Shown: positions 13,007 to 24,233 of the stretch, piece by piece
Numbering within the stretch: the first letter of the stretch is position 1
Layout of the letters: each line of letters opens with the position of its first letter
Assembly: GCF_006345805.1 (NCBI RefSeq)
Contig: NC_043001.1
Location: forward strand, 15,004,001-15,068,000
From: Octopus sinensis
Lineage: Eukaryota
DNA length: 64,000 bases
Direction of reading: 5' to 3'
The notes under the pieces: generated by a model
Databases searched by the model: none
The model's input: only the letters and a program-made list of their open reading frames with translations
What the model was told of the DNA's origin: nothing
Position numbers and translations under genes: made by a program

Positions 13007-13912
13007 TATCAATACCAGAAGGATGAAGGGTGGAGTTGGCCATAGAAGGATTTGAAATTAAACTGTAAAGAACCAGAAAAAATACTGTTAATCCACCATC
13101 ATTTGTGCATCAGATAAAATGCTTTCCTGGTGGTTCTTTAGGCTCTGAGTTCAAATTCTACTAAGGTCTGCTGTGTTTTTCATCCTTTTGGGGTTGATAA
13201 AATAAGTTACTAGTCAAGTACTAGCATCAATGTAAATGACTTGTCCCCCTCCCCTCAAAACTGATGGCCTTGTACCAAAATTAGAAGGAATTATTATTAA
13301 GGCAGCAGGCTTGCAGAATTGCGAAAACATCAGAAAAATGGCCTTGCTGTATTTCTTCTTTCTCTTTACAGTAGGAGTTCAAACCCTGCTCAGGTCAACT
13401 TTACCAGTCATCCATTCTTAGGGTCAATAAAATAAAGTGCCAGTCAAGTACTTGGGTCAATGGTATCAACTAACTTGCTCCCTTTAAAAATTTTAGGTTT
13501 TGTGTCTATATTAGAAATAGTTACTATTATTTATTAAGTGAGTTGGCAAAAATGTTATCATTTTGGATAAAATGCTGCCTGATTGGTAATATAACTGAAG
13601 TGAAACATAACCAGTGTGTGTCTTTCATTGACAGTATGACCCTCCCAAGATAGAACATCAATTTAAACCCTGCCAAAATAGACACAGTAGTGTGAAGTAG
13701 TTTTCTACCTGGCCGACTCTGTCAAACCGTCCAACTCATGCCAGCATGGAAGATGGATGCTAAATGATGATGATGATGATGATTTCACATAAAAATTCTT
13801 GCAATACAAATACAAAAACGATGGTTCACATTCATTTCTTTGTCTCAACTTGATTCTTGTTATTCTTGTTCTTGTGTAAAATTTGTGACAGTCTTAGAAA
13901 TGAGTTTGTCCT

Positions 13913-14047
13913 TTACACGTTGGTGCTCCGAGACTGTTGATTAGCAGGAAAATGGATAATAAATTCCTTATTGTTTTGTTTCACAATGAAGTCATGTTGG
14001 CAAATTTCTGACTCTGATAAAATTGGTGAGGAAAATCTGGAGTCAAC
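13913..14047 (-). CDS. IgSF membrane protein, terminal coding exon 9 (VDSRF...QQSRSTNV*)
   Basis: Acceptor gtttactttgtttcag|GTT, phase 0; 44 codons then TAA at 13915-13913; ends in S/T-x-V. Confidence 0.78.
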   Translation of the reverse strand, partial: VDSRFSSPILSESEICQHDFIVKQNNKEFIIHFPANQQSRSTNV

Positions 14048-14099
14048 CTGAAACAAAGTAAACTTAGTTTTTATACATTCGTATATACAAAATACACAT

Positions 14100-14335
14100 A
14101 TTTATTTCTTTATTGGCCACCACAGGGGGCTAAACATAGAGGAGACAAACAAGAACAGACAAAGGGATAAGTTGATTATATCGACCCCAGTGCATAACTG
14201 GTATTTATTTAATCGACCCCAAAAGGATGAAAGGCAAAGTCGACCTCGGTAGAATTTGAACTCAGAACTTAATGGCAGACGAAATACTGCTAAGCATTTC
14301 GCCTGGTGTGCTAACGATTCTGCTAGCTCGCTGTC
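14100..14335 (-). mobile_element. SINE family B, antisense
   Basis: Reverse complement of the family B pattern. Confidence 0.85.
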
Positions 14336-15056
14336 CTACAAAATACATATATTAACATATTATTCTATAAGCATCATAAATAATATTTATGTGTCAGTGG
14401 ATGTTTAATGTGACAGAAAATGTGTGTGTGTGTGTGTGTATATATATATACATACATACATACATACACACATACAAAATGTTAGCGCAAAGCAGTGTTT
14501 AGGCATAAGCAAAATTCAGGTTGGTCAAAGTATGTTTGTGACATACTTCAACTGCTAAAAGGCAAATACTTGGTTTGACTGGGCTGGCATACTGGAAGGT
14601 CGCACCAGACTCCAGTCTGATTTGGTATCGTTTTCTACAGCTCGATGCCCTTCCTAAAGCCAACCACTTTGAGAGTGTAATTGGTGCTGTTGCATGCCAC
14701 TGGCACAGGTGCCATTTGTGTGACACCAGTGTCTGCCACAATTGAGATTTTGCTTGGCTTGATGGGTCTTCTCAAGCATGACAAAAGGCCAAAGGTCTTG
14801 GTCATTGCCTCTGTGAGGCCCAACGCTCAAAAGGAACTCAGCCACTTTGCCTCTGTGAGGCTCAACGCTTGAAAGGTGCTCTTTACACACACATGCTCAT
14901 AAGAGATGCAAGCATAGCTGTGTAGTAGAAAGTTTGGTTCCTAATTAAAGGATTTCGGGTTCAATCCTGCTTCTTGGCACCTTGGGCAAGTGCCAACTAT
15001 AATCCTGAGTTAACCAATGGCTTGTGAGTGAATTTGGTAGACAGAACTGTATGACA

Positions 15057-15292
15057 AGGCGGCGAGCTGGCAGAAACGTTAGCACACCGGGCAAAATGCT
15101 TAGCGGTATTTCGTCTGTTATTACGTTCTGAGTTCAAATTCCACTGAGGTCAACTTTGCCTTTCATCCTTTCGGGGTCGGTAAATTAAGTACCAGTTATG
15201 CACTGGATCGATGTAATCAACTTCATCCCTTTGTCTGTCCTTGTTTGTCCCCTCTATGTTTAGCACCCTGTGGGCAATAAAGAAATAAAAAA
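15057..15292 (+). mobile_element. tRNA-derived SINE, family B
   Basis: aaggcggcgagctggcagaaacgttagc...gagttcaaattcc (B box)...ctttcatcctttcggggtc...gggcaataaagaaata. Confidence 0.88.
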
Positions 15293-15952
15293 CTGTATGA
15301 CAAGTGGTTTTCCTAATTTTCAACCATTTATAGCCATACTGTATTCTCAAAACAAGGAGACACATGTGTACATACACACACCCACACCAGCATAGAAGCC
15401 AGATGTTAAATGATGGTGATGTATATATTGGGCTTCTTACAGTTTCTATGTACCAAATCCATTACCTATGGACCCCTTTGCTTACTATTTTATTCTGGTG
15501 AACCCTATAGCCATTTGATGTTTAAAAACTAATTTGTCCCTTTATGTTTATCCCCTTGTTTGTCCCCTCTATGTTTAGCCCCTTGTGGGCAGTAAAGAAA
15601 TAACTAGTTTTATAGAAACTTCTTACAAAATTCCTATTTTTGTTTTTCACACATTAACTTATGTAGATTGAAATATTAAATATGTACAACACTGGAGAAA
15701 GAAACTAAGCCAAGTCTTGCAATAAATACATCTAAATCAAAATTATTTTCATGGACCCTTAATATACTAGTGTGGGTCCCTAATTTACTATTTTACTTGT
15801 AAGGACCTCCAAAAATCTTATACGGACCCATATGGTCCCTGGTTGAGAACTACTGCTCTACACAGTCACTAGACGTTGCCAGAAACAGCAACCAGATCTT
15901 TATCATCCCACACTCTCTCTTAATAAGGTAAAAACATATGCATTAGATAATA

Positions 15953-16518
15953 TTGGGTTGTCCGGAAAGTTCATGCCGATTTTTGAAGGAAAGAAAAAGG
16001 TCAATAAATACTTGCCATTACATTCTTAGTCAACCAAATATGAACCATTTTGTTGCACAATGCGTCTCCATCTTTCCTTTAACTTGAAAATACCCTCTTC
16101 CCAGAATCGAGGTGGTTTCATGGCAAAGAATTCATCAAGGTATCTTTTTACATCATCCAAGGAATTGAAATTTTTACCATTAAGACTATTCTGCAGAGAC
16201 CTGACTAAGTGGAAATCCGAAGGAGCAATATCTGGTGAATATGGAGGCTGGGGGTAACACATCCCAGCCGAGCTGCCCCAATTTTTGTCTGGTTCCAAAG
16301 CATCAAGTGCCGAAAATGAACTTTCTTATCTTCCATTTTAAAGGGTTACAAAATTAACACAGGTTATAGGAACATAAACCTTCTTCCACGAAACGATAGC
16401 TTAAACTGTGCTCTAAATAGAGGTGTAGTCAAATCTTATTTTATGGACTCAACCATGTTCTAAAATAAGTCGAAAGGTAAGCTACTATAAATCAGCACAA
16501 ACTTTCTGGACAACCCAA
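15953..16518 (-). mobile_element. Internally deleted mariner (DD34D-type) DNA transposon
   Basis: Imperfect ~28-bp TIRs (ttgggttgtccggaaagttcatgccgattt / aaatcagcacaaactttctggacaacccaa), TA on the left. Transposase N-terminus MEDKKVHFRHLMLW (ATG at 16336) is joined to the C-terminal PQPPYSPDIAPSDFHL...WEEGIFKLKERWRRIVQQNGSY. Confidence 0.92.
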
Positions 16519-16654
16519 AATATAGGCTCAGATAGACAATGTTGAGATCAGACTAGATGGCATGGGTATTACTTGAACGTTTTTGATCAAAGTACTGCTA
16601 GTTCATAACAACAACTATAACAACAAATACACAAAACATGTTGTAACACTTTAC

Positions 16655-16703
16655 CTGGTCTTCCTGGCTGTGTGGGCTTGGTTGGTCCTCTCTTATATCT
16701 GTG
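16655..16703 (-). CDS. IgSF membrane protein, 49-nt micro-exon 8 (VTDIREDQPSPHSQEDQ)
   Basis: Acceptor ...caccattgcag|C, donor CAG|gtaaag; phase 2 in, phase 0 out. Confidence 0.72.
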
Positions 16704-17204
16704 CTGCAATGGTGAATGTTGACTTGTCAAAAATTATTCACACATGACCAAAGAGAATAAATAAAAAAATCAGAAATGTTGTATAGAGATATGTGACATG
16801 TTAATTCTTTAAATACAAATCCTTGATTAGTAAATTAAATTGGTTGACTGGTTAAACACCATCACCAGGCTCATGGGGTCACAACCATTTAGACCTGGCC
16901 TCCAACAGGAGGATTATATCCCTTCTTCCTTCACACATGAACTTGAAGGTGCATGGCCTTGAGTTAAATGTATTGCACTCCTGGTCATAAGAGTATATCA
17001 AGGCATGCCCATATCTTCACATTCCATTTTTAGCTGATAATACTGAGGAAGTAGGTTGATTGTGTTATGTAACAGAACTGACTTATGTAATAACAATTGA
17101 CCTGGGGAAACACGTGCATAATATATAAAGCTTAAAAATACTGATTAATATATACGAAGGGGAAACAGATCAGAAGTGAAGTCATATTATATGACTTCAT
17201 ATTA

Positions 17205-17646
17205 TATGGCAAGCTGGCAGAAATGTTAGTGCACCGGGTGAAATGCTTAGTGGTATTTCGTCTGTCTTTATGCTCTGAGTTCAAATTCTGCCGAGGTTGA
17301 CTTTGCCTTTCATCCTTTCTGAGTCGATAAATTAAGTACCAGTTGCATACTGGGATCGATCTAATTGATTGCCCCTGCCTCTCCAGAAATTTCAGGCCTT
17401 GTGCCCAGAGTAGAAAAGAATAAATATAAGGTGGTGAGCTGGCAGAAATGTTAGCATGCTGGGCGAAATGCTTAGTGGTATTTCGTCTGTCTACGTTCTG
17501 AGTTCAAATTTTGCCAAGGTTAACTTTGCCTTACATCCTTTAAGGGCCAATAAATTGAGTACCAGTTGCATACTGGGGTCGATCTAATTGACTGCTCTCA
17601 CCCCTTCCCCAAAATTTCGGGCCTTGTGGCTAGAGTAGAAAAGAAT
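17205..17646 (+). mobile_element. Two tandem SINE family B copies
   Basis: Copies at ~17205-17418 and ~17428-17646, both ending agtagaaaagaata. Confidence 0.85.
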
Positions 17647-17841
17647 ATTAATAACACAACCTATTCTGTTAAGGTTTGAATTTATCACCTATATGTTGTT
17701 AATGCATCATTTCTATCAACAAAAGCGATTAACAAACCACCTCAGGGTCACCAATCTGAATGATGTCCCCCTCATAGTGTGATCCTTCTGTGGAAGACCA
17801 ATATGCAATTTATAGTTCTTAAGAGAAAATAGAAGACTTAC

Positions 17842-17863
17842 ACACTGTCCGTGTCTTTTACAT
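17842..17863 (-). CDS. IgSF membrane protein, 22-nt micro-exon 7 (DVKDTDS)
   Basis: Acceptor attattttgttttccag|, donor |gtaagt; phase 1 in, phase 2 out, which is the shift needed to keep the next exon open. Confidence 0.72.
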
Positions 17864-18303
17864 CTGGAAAACAAAATAATACAAATGTTATGAATCCTGA
17901 TAAAGAACTTGGGGGGAAAAAGGTTTATTTATGATTTTTAATGGTAATGCCCTTCCCATGGCTACAAGTGTATTCTGGAAGCAGCAGCAGAGAATTTGGG
18001 TTGGTGTATAAAACCATAATATCAATATTGCATCATATCAGGGTGGCAAGCTGGCAGAATCATGACCATGCCAGGCAAAATGCTTAGCACCATTTCAGAC
18101 ATCTTTACGTTCTGAGTTTGAATTCTGCTGAGGCCGGCTTTGCTTTTCATCCTTTTGGAGTTAGTAAAATAAGTACCAGTTGAGTACTGGGATCCATGTA
18201 ATTGATTCTACCCCTTCTTCTGAAGTTGCTGGTCTTGTGCCAAATTGTGGAACCAATATTACATCATATCTAAAGGTAATGAGCTGACAGGAAAAAGGCT
18301 TAA

Positions 18304-18524
18304 CCCTTTTGTTACCATATTTCTGTTGAGATGGTCTGTGTTTCTTTCAATTAATTTTAAATATAGCAAAGAATTTAGTAAAATAACTTAGTTATCATTA
18401 AGCTAGTGTTAGGAACATAAATTGTGGCTAAGGTTTGGTGAAAGATTTTAATTCAGAATTTTTGAAAAAGGACATTTGTACTACAGAACCAGAGGCAGTT
18501 TCAGCCAGGTTGGTATCGAAAGGG
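18304..18524. mobile_element. piggyBac-type MITE, copy 1
   Basis: TTAA|cccttttgttacca ... ttggtatcgaaaggg|CTAA (right TSD has one mismatch). Confidence 0.78.
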
Positions 18525-18544
18525 CTAAATTAATCATTTCTTAA

Positions 18545-18758
18545 CCCTTTTGTTACCATAGTTCTGTTGAGATTCTCTGGGTTTCTTTCAATTAATTCTA
18601 AATATAACAAAGAATTTAGTAAAATAAGTTAGTCACAATTTATGTTCCTAACATTAGCTTAATGATAACTAAGGTTTGGTGGGAGATTTTAATTCAGAAA
18701 ACAAGACATTTGTACTAGAAAGCCAGAAGCGGTTTCAGCTGGGTTGGTATTAAAAGGG
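18545..18758. mobile_element. piggyBac-type MITE, copy 2
   Basis: TTAA|cccttttgttacca ... ttggtattaaaaggg|TTAA; colinear with copy 1. Confidence 0.82.
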
Positions 18759-19027
18759 TTAATGACTTTTCGTCCATCTTTATGTTCTGAGTTCAAAACT
18801 CTGTTTGTCGTTCATCCTTTTGGGGTCAATAATACAAGAACCAGTTGATCACAGGGGTGAATGTAATCAACTCCCCCTTAACTAAAAATTGTTGACCTTC
18901 TACCAAAATGTGAAGCCATTATGACATTATCACTCAACTCTTTTGTGAAGCCCAACATTTTGAGATCAAACCTCATCACTTCTCTCAAAAACTTCTGTGG
19001 TTTATTTTTTATTAAAATGACATTTAT

Positions 19028-19199
19028 AGGCGTAGGAGTGGCTGTGTGGTAAGTAGCTTGCTTACCAACGAAATGGTTCTGGGTTGAAACCCACTACGTG
19101 GCACCTTGGGAAAGTGTCTTTTACAATTGCCTCGGGCCAACCAAAGCCTTGTGAGTGGATTTGGTAGACGGAAACTGAAAGAAGCCCATCATATATATA

Positions 19200-19230
<31 letters not shown>

Positions 19231-19448
19231 GTACGTGTGTGTATATGTTTGTGTGTCTGTGTTTGTCCCCCCAACATCGCTTGACAACCGATGCTGGTGT
19301 GTTTGCATCCCCGTAACTTAGTGGTTCAGCAAAGGAGTCCGATAGAATAAGTACTAGGCTTACTAAGAATAAGTCATGGGGTCGATTTGCTTGACTAAAG
19401 GTGGTGCATGGCTGTATTCAAATGACTGAAACAAGTAAAAGAGTAAAG
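19028..19448 (+). mobile_element. tRNA-derived SINE, family A (internal microsatellite), full length
   Basis: A box tggctgtgtgg, B-box-like ggttgaaaccc, body ...gggcaagtgtctt...gaaactgaaagaagccc-(TA/TG)n-gtttgtcccc...aaatgactgaaacaagtaaaagag. Confidence 0.85.
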
Positions 19449-19456
19449 AGAGTTAC

Positions 19457-19612
19457 CTTTCCATAGCCAAGGACAGATTCTCTGGAAATATTCCAAAACC
19501 ACTTGTTTATACTGAACACCATAATATATTCCAGTTGTCAGAAGAACTATAATGGCTATAAAACCAATAACAGACCCAACAAAAATTGCAGCATAAGAAA
19601 CGGTGTTGGCAT
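19457..19612 (-). CDS. IgSF membrane protein, exon 6: transmembrane helix and juxtamembrane region
   Basis: Acceptor ...ttgttctcttcag|AT, donor AAAG|gtaact; 156 nt, phase 1-1; hydrophobic YAAIFVGSVIGFIAIIVLLTTGIYYGV followed by QYKQ. Confidence 0.85.
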
Positions 19613-19689
19613 CTGAAGAGAACAATGCGAAAGAGAAAAGGATTTTAGCGAACAGAAAGTAGAGATTATACAGTATGGTCAGTCATAGT

Positions 19690-19899
19690 CAGGGGTGTAA
19701 CTAGGGTGGGGGCAAGCAGGGCACATACCCTGGGTGCCACTTTGAGCGGGGTGCAGTTTTGGCAAAGATCATTTTCTAATTAAGCCATTTCTATGCGAAT
19801 TTCCACTTTTTGGTTGATGTTGTTGTTGGTGGTTGTGGGGGTGGAGGGTTGCAATTTTGATGCTTGCTCTGGGTGCTGTTTACCCTATCTACACCCCTG
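19690..19899. mobile_element. hAT-type MITE with 8-bp TSD
   Basis: TIRs caggggtgtaactagggt / accctatctacacccctg; perfect TSD gtcatagt at 19682-19689 and 19900-19907. Confidence 0.85.
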
Positions 19900-20108
19900 G
19901 TCATAGTGGTCAGTTGTTTATAGTGGTCATTCAGTTGTCACTCATAACAGTCTGTCAGCTTTAGCTCAGCCTGCCAAGCCTATAGGTCAATTCAGTACTG
20001 ACCATACAATTCCTTATACCTTACCATTTTACCATCATACCATTACATATTATATCTTTGTAATATCTATTTATATTAAACTCATTATCTCCTTTAACAT
20101 GCACTTAC

Positions 20109-20144
20109 TTTCAGCTGGATATGTTGTATTCTTGATTCCAAGAC
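20109..20144 (-). CDS. IgSF membrane protein, 36-nt micro-exon 5 (GLGIKNTTYPAE)
   Basis: Acceptor atttctgtatttcag|, donor |gtaagtg; phase 1-1; contains the N-T-T sequon. Confidence 0.75.
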
Positions 20145-20615
20145 CTGAAATACAGAAATCAAAAGAATTAGTGCAATCACCATCATCATCACTTTATATT
20201 TCCACCATTTTAATTATTAAGGTCATTGCAATCCCTTCGTTTTAACCATTAATGTCAACACCATCACCTCCCCACCCCCACTGTAATTACAACCTGACTA
20301 TCTTAACTATTTCTGCAACAGCTACCATCACTACCATTATACCTTCATCACTGTCACCACAACCACCACCACTGTCCCAGTTATCACTGCCATCTTTCTA
20401 ATGTAGACCATTAATGTCAGCACTACCCACATCGGCCCATCTCCACCACCACCACTGTCACCACCAGCACCACTGCCACCCACATCGTTGCTACCATGAC
20501 TATCAACTTAAACCAGTATTCCCATCATCAATAATCCTGTCATCATCATCATCTCCTTATAGTAGTTATCATTGTTACTATTGTATACGAAGCTAGTTCA
20601 TTGATACCAGTATAC

Positions 20616-20690
20616 CCTCTGCAACATCACACCTCTGTGAATGCTTTGCTTGACCTGCATAAACAGCAGTCAAGTCTTCTTCAAATGATA
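20616..20690 (-). CDS. IgSF membrane protein, tentative stalk exon 4 (VSFEEDLTAVYAGQAKHSQRCDVAE)
   Basis: Pyrimidine-rich acceptor ...tccttttatctaatactgcaag|TA; 75 nt, phase 1-1, open. The donor G|gtatac is weak and the gene stays in frame without this exon. Confidence 0.4.
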
Positions 20691-21194
20691 CTTGCAGTAT
20701 TAGATAAAAGGAAGGACACAATGTGGCCCTAGATTTCCTGTGTTTCAATAAAATATATTTGCTTAAAGGTCCGTTCAATTTTGCATTAACAATATTGTCA
20801 GTAAATGAGAAGAGTTTCACAGCTCTGCTCAGGATTTGAACTTACAACTCCTCAGTTGTGACTGCAATAACTCATCCACTGGGAACAAATTTAGCAATTT
20901 TTGGCAAAATACATACGCTTTTGCCAAGTTGTAACAAAAAGTTAGTGAAATATTTAAAATATTTACAGTTGGATAGACAAATGTAACAGAATAATTTGAC
21001 AAAAAATGTGAATTTTTAATATTTAAAAAAATATTAAAAAAAAAAAAAATTTTTTTAATGTTATGGTGACTCTACAATGGGGCAGACTGATGCAATGGTC
21101 AAGATGTGCCATTTTAGTGACTGCCTTCATGTAATTTGAGAAGGCACCTGTTAGACCTGATTGTCCATTAAACAAAGTATACATTTTTTAAATA

Positions 21195-21545
21195 ATAATA
21201 ATAATAATGAAATTATTGTATACAGTGCTCAGGTGCACCACAACTTGTCAAAAGTGCATATAAAGCATATGCAGTAATGTACAAATGTCTGGAAAGTGAA
21301 CAGTGTATGAGTCAGATACATACTTGCGCGTGTATGGAGGGGAGAAAATCAGGTGTAGTGTTAGCGAATCTGAGGAAGCATGGAAGTTTTGAAGGATGCA
21401 GTGCTCCGACAACTAACATTGATGCCGGCAGTTTGTTCCATGCTTCAGCAACTCTCAGCGTGAAAAAATGTTTCCTAAAGTCATGGGAGCTGTGCTGTTT
21501 TCTGACTTTGTAAACATGTCCACAGGTGTTAGACAGGTGGAGTTT
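21195..21545 (-). mobile_element. CR1-clade LINE 3' fragment
   Basis: Minus strand SNTCGHVYKVRKQHSSHDFRKHFFTLRVAEAWNKLPAS...SFK matches the CR1 ORF2 end (TRGH...RxxFFSxRVxxxWNxLP); (TTA)n tail. Confidence 0.85.
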
Positions 21546-21592
21546 TTTTACCCTTCACTGCCAATTTTACATTGGTACTAATTATAAAATAT

Positions 21593-21745
21593 ATGAAGAG
21601 GTGCAAAAAAGTTCCTGGCTTTAAGGATATCACGAAAGACCTGGCTAGAGACCCAAACTTCCGAGTTCTTTTACAGGGTTTAGAAAAACTGAAGAAATGT
21701 TGCAATAAGTATGTGAAACTGAGAGAGGAATATGTTGAATAAAAT
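21593..21745 (+). mobile_element. Short mariner remnant
   Basis: TIR-like start tatgaagaggtgcaaaaaagttcctggct, followed by LQGLEKLKKCCNKYVKLREEYVE*, which resembles a mariner transposase C-terminus. Confidence 0.6.
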
Positions 21746-23284
21746 CACCAAAACATAAAACTTGTTCTGACCCCTTCCTTCATATTTAACCTCTCCTCCA
21801 ATAGCATAAAACTGCCTCCCTCTCTACTTTAACCCAACTCTGTCAAAGAGGTTCTTAGTCTTGTGGGATGCATGGTAACCTCTTTAATATTGATGCCATG
21901 TGAAAAGCACCCAGCACACCCTCTGAAGTGGTTGACTTTAGGAAGGGCATCTAGCCACAGAAACCGTTCCAAAACAGATATTGTAGTATGATGCAGTCCT
22001 TGGATCTGTTGAATGCTATAAAGTCACCCAACCCATGCCAGCATGGAACTTGGATGTTGATGACAATGATGACGATGTTTACTGCTAATTAGTGTTAAAT
22101 AAAATAAAAAGTAGATTACTAAACAGAGTTGTATGGAGTGCTTTGGGAAATGATTTGCAAGAAGATTGTGTTTTTAACCTAGTATTTCACGCTCAGTACC
22201 TATGTCCTAATGTCATCTAAACACTGGCAGGGTCAAATGAGATGCTGTGCTCAGGACATTGATTAGCTTTAATCTGGTCCCTGCATCTAAACACTCATAA
22301 ACTCTCATCTTGTCTCTGCATCAACTGAATGACGACAATATAATTCGTGCATCACTTAGAATATATCACTGTCATAGTGTTGTCTTAACACTGTCACAAT
22401 ACTGCCCTTAGTACTATCAAACAATTGCATAGTACTGTTATAGTATAGCAGTTTTAATAAGGGTTTTAAATTTTGGCACAAAGCTGGCAACTTCAGGGGA
22501 AGAGGTAAGCTGATTATATCGACCTCAGTGGAATTTGAACTCAGAATGTAAAGATGGACAAAATACCACTAAGCATTTTACCTGGCATACTAATTATTCC
22601 ACCAGCTCACCTCCTTGCAGTATTACCTTAGTATTGTTATAGTACTTTTATGGTAGTGTCACAGGATCGTAGTATGCCTTAAAACTGCTGTAGTGCTGTT
22701 GTTGCAGCTGTCATCCGTTAATTCACCTCAAATCTTTACTTTGATTCCAGTTAAAGTGTTTTTGCGCTCAAATTCTTTTTCCTTTCCTTTCACAAGAAAA
22801 GAGGTTGCTCATGTTCAGCCCAACCCTTTAGCATTCAGGGTTTCCTGTTAAACGAAATGGTTATTTATTCATATTGTTTCAAATTAATCACGAATTAATT
22901 TGAATGTTGCTTCAAGATTTTAGTGATGCGGTAGTTTACTTTAGAATGACATTGTAGGGCAGGTGTGAGGGGCCAGATTTGGCCAGTTTCAACACAAAGT
23001 AGGTAGAATATTTTGACTGGATATGGCCATTTTAAATGCTAAAGGGCCAAGGTCAGCCTTAATCAGAGAATTTCCAGCCAGGACCATCTCTTCATTTTTT
23101 TTAGTCACTGCATCTAGGACCATATTAGTCAAACTATTTTCATGCTTTAAAATGGCAAGGTATGACTTCGGAGCCATTTGGCTGTTATTTCTAGCAGAGC
23201 AAGTGACTATGTAGAGGCTTCTCTGCTGTCTGAGGAGGAAGATATTTTAAGTAAGAGACGTCAATTATCATAAACCAATCAAAA

Positions 23285-23757
23285 TCGATGACTGGCACCT
23301 GTGCTAGCGGGGTGCAAAGAGCACCATACGAGTGTTATCATTGACAGAGCAACTAACTGGCTTCCGTACCAGTGGCACATAAAAGGTACCATTCAAGTGT
23401 GATCATTACCAGCGTTGCCTTACTAGCACTTGTGCCTGTGCTAGTAGGGTGCCAGAGCACCATCCGAGCATGATCGTTGCCAGAGTGACTTTCTGGCACC
23501 TGTGCCAGTGGCATGTGTAAAAAGATTCGAGCGAGGTTGTTGCCAGTACCGCCTGACTGGCCCCCATGCTGGTGGCACGTAAAAAGTACCCACTACACTC
23601 TCAGAGTGGTTGGTGTTAGGAAGGGCATCCAGCTGTAGAAACTCTGCCAGATCAAGATTGGAGCCTGGTGCAGCCATCTGGCTTGCCAGTCCTCAGTCAA
23701 AATCGTCCAACCCATGCTAGCATGGAAAGTGGACATTAAACGATGATGATGATGATG
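23285..23757 (+). mobile_element. SINE-like family D with (GAT)n tail
   Basis: Internal gtgccagtggca repeats, core gtggttggcattaggaagggcatccagctgtagaaa, tail cccatgctagcatggaaag..gacattaaacgatgatgat. Other copies at ~14555-14885, 21870-22075, 25729-26010, 33425-33740, 37053-37315, 39470-39706, 40745-41075, 47255-47400, 49800-49988, 52965-53238 and 55350-55510. Confidence 0.8.
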
Positions 23758-23888
23758 AATTAAATGCTAGAACTGTGTGACTAATTATACAATTTTGTTT
23801 GTTCTTTAAAAGATGACAATATAAAGAGCCCCAGATCATTTTGTAACTGAAACTTCAGCTGACTTGAACAAGTTTTTCCACTACTTAC

Positions 23889-24233
23889 CTAACACTTCTA
23901 TTCTTTGAGCCAAGTTGATTTCTTTGTCTGCCATCGGACTAACAATCTCACAGCGGAACATCAAACCAAGGTCCCAGGCATTTGTCTTGTATACGATGAC
24001 ACTTGATCCCGACACCTGGCAGTTGTCCGTCTCCTCTGCAATGCTATCAATCTGTTTACCAAAATATTCTTGGAACACGTCGATGGTTTGGCGGTAGAAT
24101 GACCATCGGAATCGACCATTTGGTTTCCCCAGTTTACCAGAACATGTCAGAGAAATTTCTGTATTTTGCCAAACGCTCCATTCTGAGTGAAATGCATCAG
24201 AATAAATATTCAAAGATTCTATGAACGGTTTGG
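23889..24233 (-). CDS. IgSF membrane protein, exon 3: C2/CD80-like Ig domain
   Basis: Acceptor ...tgattatttcag|CC, donor TTAG|gtaagt; 345 nt, phase 1-1; motifs LTCSGKLGKPNGRFRW and SSVIVY...DLGLMFRC. Confidence 0.88.

Noticed and set aside
3340-13055. Dozens of overlapping ORFs (PTEIKEGADRDQRGCRQRSKRV repeats, up to 333 aa) as a repeat protein
   Set aside because: They come from a stop-free 22-nt unit read in all three frames; frequent 21- and 23-bp units break the frames, and there is no splice or codon signal.
16026-16298. Functional transposase gene
   Set aside because: Most of the ORF, including the DNA-binding domain and first catalytic residues, is deleted, and the N- and C-terminal pieces are out of frame.
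19500-19520. ITIM-like VQYKQV in the receptor
   Set aside because: It fits the consensus but lies at the membrane boundary directly after the TM helix, where such a short match is likely chance.
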